Shown piece after piece: positions 17,341-24,328 of a stretch of 24,328 nt of DNA (position 1 is its first letter; each line of letters begins with the position of its first letter). Made by a program: the position numbers and the translations under genes. The notes below the pieces were generated by a model. The model ran no database searches and was not told the DNA's origin. It worked only from the letters and a program-made list of their open reading frames with translations. Origin of the DNA: a virus (Duplodnaviria > Caudoviricetes); the IMG/VR virus record IMGVR_UViG_3300023197_000041, positions 1 to 24,328 of that record. The stretch is one strand, 5' to 3'.

Positions 17341-17666
17341 GGCAACACGTCAAGCGTGTGAGCCTACGTCCGGGGGCCGGCGGGGGTACGCTCACGGCCA
17401 CCCTTACTCGAAGGGTAGACACCCTTGGCAAGGCCCTCAGCAGGCAGTACGGCAACCTCGGGTTGGCAACCCTCCAACAGGCATCCCGGCAACCACCCCT
17501 CCATAGGGAAGGCTCCAGCAAGGTTCGCAACCCTTGGTTTCGGGGGGTTGGAGCAACTAACACGGCGGTTCTCAATCACGGTCGGCAACCCTTGTTCGGC
17601 AGATAGAGAGGCTATCTCCGGTCGGAACGGCAGGCTCAGAGGTTCTACCCTTCAGTCGGCAACCGT
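17341..17666 (+). repeat. Array of (G)GCAAC(C) motifs
   Basis: GGCAAC at 17341, 17451, 17465, 17488, 17584 and 17658, plus CGCAACCC at ~17525; all in the same orientation in non-coding DNA. Confidence 0.6.
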
Positions 17667-17836
17667 GGGTGGTATCCCCTAAGTTTAAGTAGCAGAGCGG
17701 CATGGCGCGTGCGCGATGCGCGACCCCCGGCTCGGAGGGTTCTTTTCCGATGAGGCTCCGTCGCACAGAACCCCCGCTACGGTTAGGCGCGCGCGCCCGC
17801 CGGGCCTTGGCCCCCCGCGCGTCGCCCGCGAAACCG

Positions 17837-17881
17837 TCGAAAGGTTTAATACCCCTCGGGGCGTTAGTACTACCTGCGATG
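17837..17881 (+). promoter_or_regulatory. Viral promoter motif, copy 1 (leaderless ORF 17879)
   Basis: TCGAAAGG-TTTAA-TACCCC-TCGGGGCGTTAG-TACTACCTGCG-ATG: purine-rich BRE plus TATA ~30 nt before the ATG. Confidence 0.8.
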
Positions 17882-18769
17882 TCCGACCGAACCGATGCCG
17901 CGACGACGATGGCAACGCTCGCAGAACAGGCCCGCGACCTCGCCCACGAGGGCGTGCTCGCGTTTGACGCAACCGGCGAAACCCTCGAAATCACCCTCGA
18001 AGGGGGGTTGAAAACCGAAATTCCGCTCGACGGCGACGCCCGCGACACGGGCGACACGGGCGACGCGCCCTCGGGCGAAAGCGCGGACACGGGCACGGAC
18101 GCCCGCGATGGCGACGCCGAGAAGGCCGAAACTGCCGGGTACAAGTGTTCTTGCGGCGAAACTTGGGCCGCGAACGTGGACCCGCAGGCCCCGCACGGCC
18201 ACACGGGCGGGACCACGGGCGAGCACACGCTCGTCCGCACGCCCGATGGCGAGGCCGAATCCGCCGAGAACGACGACGAGAAGGCTTCTGAAGGAGAATC
18301 CGCGAACGACGGCGACGCGGGCGACACGCCCGAGAGCGCACACGCCACGCTCGGCCTCGCCCGCGACGACGCGGCCCCCGCGAACCTGACGGAACGGGAC
18401 GCTGACACCCTTGAGAAGGCCGTTGAGGCAAGCGCGTACCGGTCTCGCACGGACGACGCGCTCGCCACGCAAGCGGGCAAGGCGCTCGCCAGCGAACGCG
18501 GCCTCGCCCGCGAAGCGAAGGCCGACTTCTTCAAGGCCCTTGGCTTCGGAATTTGCGGGGCTGAAGGGTGTGAACTTGCCGAAGCCGGGTTCGAGCGAAC
18601 GGGTTGCGGGCGGCACGAGGGCACGGACGCGGTTGCGGGCGAAGCGGGCGACGCGGGCGAAGCGGGCGACGCGGGCGACGGCGAAGGCCCGAGCGAAGCC
18701 GCGCTAACCCTGCTCAAACACGACGACAGCGTTTCTACCCTCGAAGAAGCCGAAGCGAAGGTCGCGTAA
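17879..18769 (+). CDS. Acidic hypothetical protein with two Cys/His motifs
   Basis: 296 aa from ATG 17879 (MSDRTD...). Motifs YKCSCGETW...H.H...H and C-x4-C-x11-C-x2-H; AG(E/D) tandem repeat at 18635-18685. Confidence 0.8.
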   Translation: MSDRTDAATTMATLAEQARDLAHEGVLAFDATGETLEITLEGGLKTEIPLDGDARDTGDTGDAPSGESADTGTDARDGDAEKAETAGYKCSCGETWAANVDPQAPHGHTGGTTGEHTLVRTPDGEAESAENDDEKASEGESANDGDAGDTPESAHATLGLARDDAAPANLTERDADTLEKAVEASAYRSRTDDALATQAGKALASERGLAREAKADFFKALGFGICGAEGCELAEAGFERTGCGRHEGTDAVAGEAGDAGEAGDAGDGEGPSEAALTLLKHDDSVSTLEEAEAKVA

Positions 18770-18943
18770 GCGGGCGAACGCCCGCGACACGCCCGCGATA
18801 GGCGGGCGACGCGACGCACCGCGCGACCCTCGCCCGCGAGGGGCGAGCGGGCAAGGGGCGTAGGCGCGAACCCCTGCGCCCCCTCGCCCGCCCTTCGCCC
18901 GCGAAGGGTCGAACCAACCCTTACGGACACGACCTTCCGACCT

Positions 18944-19249
18944 ATGAGCAACGACGCACGCGATACGACGGACGAATCGCCCGCGAACCCCCTTCCCGTG
19001 ACGGACGACGCGAACCCTTCAAGGGTGAAGGCCCTTGAGCGCGACCCCGCGAACGGCTCGCCCGAAGGGTTCGACCACCCCCTTGACCACTACCTCGCTA
19101 TCCACCGCGACGACCTCATCGCGGAGGCCGCGAGCCGCCGGACGAGCGACGAGCGAAGGGTCACGGAACCCTTGGCGAAGGCCCTTTGGGCGAGGGAGGC
19201 TTGGCTGGTCATCTACCCGGACGAGCGAAGCCCCTTCGCCCGCGAATAG
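18944..19249 (+). CDS. Hypothetical protein
   Basis: 101 aa, preceded by the GACAC...GACCT-ATG motif and followed by a terminator. Confidence 0.7.
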   Translation: MSNDARDTTDESPANPLPVTDDANPSRVKALERDPANGSPEGFDHPLDHYLAIHRDDLIAEAASRRTSDERRVTEPLAKALWAREAWLVIYPDERSPFARE

Positions 19250-19276
19250 CGAACGACCGGCGAACCCTTCCGAAGA

Positions 19277-19304
19277 CCCCCTTCCAAGGGGGCTACTTTT
19301 TTTT
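19277..19304 (+). terminator. Hairpin plus T8 terminator
   Basis: CCCCCTT-CC-AAGGGGG followed by CTAC-TTTTTTTT; the only long T-tract I saw in the window. Confidence 0.75.
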
Positions 19305-19979
19305 GCGCGTGCGCGAGGGCGAGCGACCGCCCGAGCGACCGCTCGATGACGCCCGCGACGCACCCTTGAGCACCCTTGCGAAGGGGGTCAGACCCTTCTG
19401 GAAGGGGGCAACGCGCGGGCGAAGCGCGAGCGAACGCCTTCGAGCCGCGCGAGCGGCCTCGAAGGGTGCGCGGGGCCTTGCGAAGGGGCTTGCGCGGGCG
19501 ACCTCATCGCGCTGACTCCCGCGAGCGACCGCTCCAGCGAGCCTTCGCAAGGGTTCGGGCGGGGGCAAAGGCCCTTCGGGGGCGGCCCATCGCGGGCGAT
19601 TGCTTCGCGGGCCTCTATCGCCGGGCCGGGGGTCGCCGGGGGAAGGCCCCGCGCGTCGCGCCCCCTCCGCGCGTCCCGGTCCAAACGCGCGCCTCCGCGG
19701 CCCGGTTCTGTTCAGCAGTCTCAGCGCCGAAAACTTACGGAACCCCACCGCGGTTGCCGACACCGAAAGCGGTTCGGGGGGTAGAGTTCCAGATACGGCA
19801 GTCTGTGGCAGTCTCAAGGCATCGAGCCGCCGGATTCTTGACGCTGAGTTTAAGTAGGGGGCAGAGAAATTTACAGGGTCGGAGAGAGTTGAATTAACGG
19901 AGTTCTGCGGTGTTCCCCGGAACCCCGATTCCGGCGGTAGAGCCCCGTTAGCCTGTCGAAATCAACGGCGTTCAGAGTT

Positions 19980-20021
19980 TCGACAGATTTAAGTAAAGTC
20001 GGGGCGTTAGCACTATCTGTG
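19980..20021 (+). promoter_or_regulatory. Viral promoter motif, copy 2 (no ATG downstream)
   Basis: TCGACAGA-TTTAA-GTAAAG-TCGGGGCGTTAG-CACTATCTGTG, colinear with copy 1 and sharing an identical 12-mer. Confidence 0.75.
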
Positions 20022-21016
20022 CTCGCTCGCCCCGCGCCGGGCGGCGGACACACGGACCCACACACGCGGTCTGTTGTGTTCCGCCGCTCCGGCCCCCACA
20101 CGTAATATGTGGGGTCAAGGGGGCCTTCGAGCACCCTTCGGCTGGTTAAGGCCGGAGGGGATGTACGCGATGGTCTGAACCCGGTAGGCCTTCCCAAGGG
20201 TCGTAAGGGGGATGACTCAAAGCGGGACGGTTCGACAAGTCGCGGGGGACACCCGCGATGTGCCACGAGCCGCCGAATATCTAAAGGGGTCGCCGAAGGC
20301 TGGTTAAGGCCGAAGGCCCACGGACGCCCCGAGTTCGCACCCGAAACCCATCGCGTGAAGTTAGCCTTGTTGCGGCCTCCGGGCAGACACCGCAAACGAC
20401 GCGCCCAATCTTGGCCCTCGCGGGTGAAGGACCGATGACGCGGGCGATATGCAGAGGTTCCCTCGGAAGGGTTGAAAGCAGAGCGTCGCGGAAGGTGCGG
20501 GAGCGATGCGGCCCGCTAAGGGTGGAACACCGGCCCCTTCGGGTAATCCGTCCGAAACCCTCACGGGTGAACGACGCCTCGAAGGGTGGGAACCGGGGAA
20601 GGTGGTTCGCGTGGAGCGAAGGCAATCGTCCACGCGATAGCCGACGGAGGCCGACCGACAACTGATTGCCCACGATGGCACCGGGGTAGAGCCAAAGACT
20701 GCCACGGACCTGTCACCCATCGAAGGCCTTCGCGGAGGCACCGCGAGGTACGACCGGCGAAGTGCTGGAGGGTAGACACAAGCGAGTAACCCGGTTAAGG
20801 GTCGAAAGCACACAAATGGCGCAACGGCGCGAACGAAGGGTCAGGTATCAGGCCCAAGTGCTCACGGCGATGAAGCCCCGCACCCTTTCCGGCAGGATTT
20901 TCGCCGGGGCGGTCGGTAAGGGCGAGGGTCGCATCGAGCGGCCTTCGCCCCCGACCCCGCTTCGTCCGAGCGGCCAACAATCGGACGCGAAGCCCACGCC
21001 TGCGATAGTGGCGGGA
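20019..21016 (+). ncRNA. Candidate large (~1 kb) structured non-coding RNA or giant 5' leader
   Basis: No acidic ORF; starts at promoter copy 2; near-continuous helices with G-U pairs on the plus strand, long-range pairings and repeated GGUUAA loops (see findings). Confidence 0.6.
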
Positions 21017-21030
21017 CACAACTACGACCT

Positions 21031-22089
21031 ATGAGCGACGCTTTCGGACTCAACGAGACGGTTTCGGTCGAATCGGACACGAACAACGCTGGCGACTCGG
21101 ACGCGGGCGATGACGCGGGCGATGTGACGCCCGATTACGAGGCGAACGAGACGACGGACTACTACCTTGCCTTCGGTGACACGAAGGCCGCAACGGACAC
21201 CATCGCGGAAGACTCGGGAATCACGCTTCCGAACGTCAACACCTACGAGAACGACCTTTCGGACCTCCCTCGCCTGCTCGGCGAGCACAGCGAGGCTCAC
21301 CCGCAGGCGAAGTTGTGGCTGGCCTACGCGCTGGCGAAGTCCTCCTTCGGCGACCGGCAGGCCAGCGAGAACCCGAAGATGCTCGGCGCGGGCCTCGATA
21401 CCTCGGGCGATTCGGAGGCGTACCCGAAGCCCCTCCCGAACGACCCCGAGGCGGAGCAGTTCCGCTACGCCGATGTGTACCGGAGTCTTCCCACCATCGA
21501 GACGGAAGGCCTCAAGCCGGGCGAGCGGGAAAAGTTCGCGGAGATGGACGTGGAGCCGGACACCCTCGGCTTCCGCGAGGAGGAAGGCCCCCACATCCCG
21601 GTCATCGGCGGCGAGCGGCTTCCCATCGCGGCGGCTTCGGACGAGGACGTGCAGGACGCGATTGACCTGCTGACCGAACTCCCCGACGAGCCTTCGACCG
21701 CTGACCCCATCGAGGGCGACAGCGACGAGGGCGACGACACGAGCGATGCCTCGGGCGACGACGACGGCGAGACGGTCTTCTGCCTCCGTGAGTCTTCGGA
21801 CGGAACCCCCTGCCGGAAGGAGGTCGATTCGCCCGACGAAGCGTGCAACTGGCACGATGCTGGCGACCCCCGCCTCACCGACTACGAGGAAGGGGGCGAC
21901 ACGGACGAGGCTTCGGACGAGGACGTGCAGGAAGCCGTCGAGGACGATGCCGATGAGGCCTCGCAGGACACCGACGCGAACAACGGCGGCGAGATGCCCG
22001 AAGCCGTCCAGACCCTCCTCGCCCACGACGAGGAGTGCGCGACCATCGAGGACGCGAAGCAGAAGGCCAAGGAGCACGGTCTGGTCTAA
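21031..22089 (+). CDS. Highly acidic hypothetical protein with a C-x9-C-x10-C-x2-H finger
   Basis: 352 aa containing FCLRESSDGTPCRKEVDSPDEACNWH; 24-bp internal direct repeat at 21633-21656 and 21909-21932 (ASDEDVQ). Confidence 0.85.
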   Translation: MSDAFGLNETVSVESDTNNAGDSDAGDDAGDVTPDYEANETTDYYLAFGDTKAATDTIAEDSGITLPNVNTYENDLSDLPRLLGEHSEAHPQAKLWLAYALAKSSFGDRQASENPKMLGAGLDTSGDSEAYPKPLPNDPEAEQFRYADVYRSLPTIETEGLKPGEREKFAEMDVEPDTLGFREEEGPHIPVIGGERLPIAAASDEDVQDAIDLLTELPDEPSTADPIEGDSDEGDDTSDASGDDDGETVFCLRESSDGTPCRKEVDSPDEACNWHDAGDPRLTDYEEGGDTDEASDEDVQEAVEDDADEASQDTDANNGGEMPEAVQTLLAHDEECATIEDAKQKAKEHGLV

Positions 22090-22243
22090 GGCCGCAAAGA
22101 CTCGAATCGGGTAGCCTCGAATCTTAGCCCGTAGGGGTCACGCCCCCTCCGGTTCACGACCGGAACGGGCCATCGAGGGCGAGGTGCCGGGGACGCCTCG
22201 CCTGCGGTTCCCTTCCCCGAATCCCAACCGGGCTGACCACCCT

Positions 22244-22456
22244 ATGAACGACGGATACGCTATCGACACTATCGACACGGACGAATCGCGCGGCGAAACC
22301 GAGTGGAGCATCAACCCCTACTACTCGGGGCCGGAGGCCGGGAACAATCCCGACCGACACCGGGGCCTCGGAGACTTCGACCGCATCAAGACGCCTGCCG
22401 AGCGAGCGACGATGCTCCCGCCCGAACTCCGCAAGGAGCGAGATGAGGCGGTATGA
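22244..22456 (+). CDS. Hypothetical protein
   Basis: MNDGYAIDTID..., 70 aa from ATG 22244; ATGA-coupled to the next ORF. Confidence 0.65.
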   Translation: MNDGYAIDTIDTDESRGETEWSINPYYSGPEAGNNPDRHRGLGDFDRIKTPAERATMLPPELRKERDEAV

Positions 22457-22638
22457 GCGCGGCGGCAGGAACCGCCGACTTCGACCGCGATGCTACGAAC
22501 TACGAACCAACGATGCATCTCATCAACCAACTGAAAGACCGGAAGGCCCTCACGACCGAGATGGTCGCGGAAGCCATCGAGGTCGTCATCGACGTGGACA
22601 ATCGCAAGGTCGTGACGGCTTGCGAGCGAGGACGATGA
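22453..22638 (+). CDS. Hypothetical protein
   Basis: 61 aa; GAGG SD-like element and ATGA overlaps on both sides. Confidence 0.65.
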   Translation: MSAAAGTADFDRDATNYEPTMHLINQLKDRKALTTEMVAEAIEVVIDVDNRKVVTACERGR

Positions 22639-22739
22639 TGGACGAATCCACAGCAGAAGCCGCGAAAGACGCGCTCGAACAGACCGACCGACGAGAACCG
22701 ACCCTTCTCGAACGAATCTGGAACTACATCCGACGATGA
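22635..22739 (+). CDS. Small hypothetical protein
   Basis: MMDESTAEAAKDALEQTDRREPTLLERIWNYIRR (34 aa); ATGA-coupled on both sides. Confidence 0.55.
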   Translation: MMDESTAEAAKDALEQTDRREPTLLERIWNYIRR

Positions 22740-22984
22740 GTGACGACCACCGTAACGAAGGATGGGGGCATCGCTCCGAGATGCAAGGCCCGAGTGACCC
22801 GCAGTGCAGGTCAGTCACGGCCAACGTGAACGAACGGCGGGCCGGAACGACGATGGACCGCCAAGAGGTGCGGGCGATGCTGGACGATGGCCCCGAGCAG
22901 GATGCCGATGACGAGGGAGACGGCGATGAATCCTCCGAGGATTGGGAAGACCGCTTCGAGGCGCAGCACCTTCCCGGCGAATAG
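22736..22984 (+). CDS. Acidic hypothetical protein
   Basis: 82 aa; ATGA overlap; an internal start at MDRQEV is possible. Confidence 0.55.
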   Translation: MSDDHRNEGWGHRSEMQGPSDPQCRSVTANVNERRAGTTMDRQEVRAMLDDGPEQDADDEGDGDESSEDWEDRFEAQHLPGE

Positions 22985-23017
22985 CGCGAGCGACCAACCC
23001 GACACAACCTTCCAACG

Positions 23018-23311
23018 ATGTTCAATATGAGTGACGTTAGCGACTTCGTGAGCGACGGCAACGAGCGGACGACCGAGCAAGAAATCGGCCTCATCGCGGG
23101 GATGATGGACGGCCACATCGAGTCCTTCGACTTCCGGGGCTTCGAGGTGCTTCGAGTGAACGGCTCGATGTACGTGACCGACCGCGAGATGCAACGGACC
23201 CTCGGCGGTGCCCTCCACCTCGAAGGGGCGAGCCTTCAGTTCGCCCACGACTGGCTCTGCCGGAAGGCCGCCCACTACGACGGCGACGCCGAGCCGGAGG
23301 TGGTGGCGTGA
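23018..23311 (+). CDS. Hypothetical protein
   Basis: 97 aa acidic ORF preceded by the GACACAACCTTCC motif. Confidence 0.7.
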   Translation: MFNMSDVSDFVSDGNERTTEQEIGLIAGMMDGHIESFDFRGFEVLRVNGSMYVTDREMQRTLGGALHLEGASLQFAHDWLCRKAAHYDGDAEPEVVA

Positions 23312-23883
23312 TGCTGTCCGATGACGCCGCCGAGGCCGCGAAGGATGCTCTCGGCCCGCGAGTGATGGCCGACGGCGGTTCGACCCGGAAGTGGGACACC
23401 TTCGAGAGCAGGGTCGTCTACGAGATGCAAGGCACGATGGTCGAGCACCCCGACCCGAAAACCATCGAGCGACGGGCGGCGGAAGCCTCGCTTCACTCGG
23501 CGGCGACGCTGGAATACGACGAGATGCTGAAGGCCAACATCATCAATCTCGACAGTTGGCTGATGCCGACGTGGGCGGAACGGATGCCGCGAGAAATCGA
23601 ACTCGACAACGACCGCACCTTCGCCCCGAAGTGGCGCGAGGGTGTCGAAGTGAGCCTCGACGTGTTCAAGGGTGAGGTCATCGAGGCCGCCGAGCAACGA
23701 GCAGGCGAAGATGCGACCCATCCGGCCTACGTCCTCGGTTCGTGGGCCTACCTCGCGGCAGAAGCCGACCATCTCAAGTCGGGCCAGCGTACCATCGAGA
23801 AGGCCTTCGAGGAGGTCTGCGAGCGACCGGATGCCCCGGACGATGCGACGACCGACGAGTTCGGAGGTGGTCGGGATGAGTGA
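23308..23883 (+). CDS. Hypothetical protein
   Basis: 191 aa acidic; GGAGGTG SD upstream; contains the halovirus-typical ADGG motif. Confidence 0.75.
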   Translation: MMLSDDAAEAAKDALGPRVMADGGSTRKWDTFESRVVYEMQGTMVEHPDPKTIERRAAEASLHSAATLEYDEMLKANIINLDSWLMPTWAERMPREIELDNDRTFAPKWREGVEVSLDVFKGEVIEAAEQRAGEDATHPAYVLGSWAYLAAEADHLKSGQRTIEKAFEEVCERPDAPDDATTDEFGGGRDE

Positions 23884-24061
23884 CGCCCTCCGCGCCGAGA
23901 TGGAACGGGCCGAAGCCGAATCGAAGGCCGAGCAACACCGAAAGGTGCGCTCTGTGAAGGATGGCCTCGCGGCCCTCAAGACGAGCCGGAACCTGACCGA
24001 GGGGCAGAAGGAACAACTCCAGACCTACATCGACCGGCTCGATGAGGTGGCACAGGGATGA
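23876..24061 (+). CDS. Small helical hypothetical protein
   Basis: MSDALRAEMERAEAE..., 61 aa from ATG 23876 with a GGAGGTG SD. Confidence 0.7.
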   Translation: MSDALRAEMERAEAESKAEQHRKVRSVKDGLAALKTSRNLTEGQKEQLQTYIDRLDEVAQG

Positions 24062-24273
24062 GCGTCACGCAAGCAACGCCCTCGGCGGGCGATGAGGTCT
24101 TCGTGGACAGACCCTTCCGGGGCGTGGTCGAAGGGGAAGTGCTCTACCGGACGCCAACGATGTGCGCCATCCTGCCGCTCGAAGAAGGCGGCGTCATCGA
24201 GGCGTCGCCCGACAGGGTGATGCCTGCGGGTGAGGGGTACGCGATTAGACCACTTTCCAAAGACTCAAGTTAA
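24058..24273 (+). CDS. Small hypothetical protein (possible SH3-like beta fold)
   Basis: 71 aa with GDEVFV...EGEVL pattern; GAGGTG SD and ATGA overlap. Confidence 0.65.
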   Translation: MSVTQATPSAGDEVFVDRPFRGVVEGEVLYRTPTMCAILPLEEGGVIEASPDRVMPAGEGYAIRPLSKDSS

Positions 24274-24328
24274 CCCACTCTGAATCTTTGGGCGAAAGGG
24301 GCGCAAGCCCCTCGGGTCGGAGGTCGCC

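Noticed and set aside
18635-18685. 9-bp tandem repeat GCGGGCGA(A/C)
   Set aside because: In-frame low-complexity AG(E/D) linker; no evidence for phase variation.
17341-19600. CRISPR or mini-CRISPR array
   Set aside because: Repeats are only 6-13 bp and irregularly spaced, with no constant repeat-spacer period and no cas genes.
20019-21030. Group II intron, RNase P RNA, tRNA or hammerhead identity for the structured region
   Set aside because: The 5' end is GUGCU rather than GUGYG. The 20959-93 hairpin lacks domain V geometry and a GNRA loop. I found no GAGGAAAGUCC, no cloverleaf and no CUGANGA core by eye.
19186-21086. Multiple 70-175 aa ORFs on both strands across the control region, including a 28-codon GTG frame at 20019
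   Set aside because: Arg/Pro/Gly-rich, mutually overlapping and unlike the acidic proteome; better explained as non-coding DNA.

Overview
GC-rich segment of a haloarchaeal tailed virus or provirus (Caudoviricetes). The proteins are acidic, promoters are archaeal TATA-type, and a contractile-tail sheath gene is present. Bases 1-16371 are a minus-strand morphogenesis operon, in transcription order: TerS, four small ORFs, a three-gene fibre-like module, TerL, portal, small membrane protein, prohead protease, HNH endonuclease, scaffold, decoration protein, major capsid protein, head-tail adaptor/closure/neck/completion genes, and a tail sheath gene cut by the window edge. Bases ~16400-21030 are a largely non-coding divergent control region with three copies of a distinctive promoter, repeat arrays and many palindromes. 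From 21031 onward are plus-strand, probably early, small acidic ORFs. The best candidate for an undescribed system is a ~1 kb stretch without a credible ORF (20019-~21016). It starts at a copy of the viral promoter, folds into a multi-domain G-U-rich RNA with repeated GGUUAA-loop hairpins, and leads into an acidic Zn-finger protein sharing a C-terminal motif with the protein driven by the twin promoter. All calls come from reading by eye; no searches or folding programs were run.
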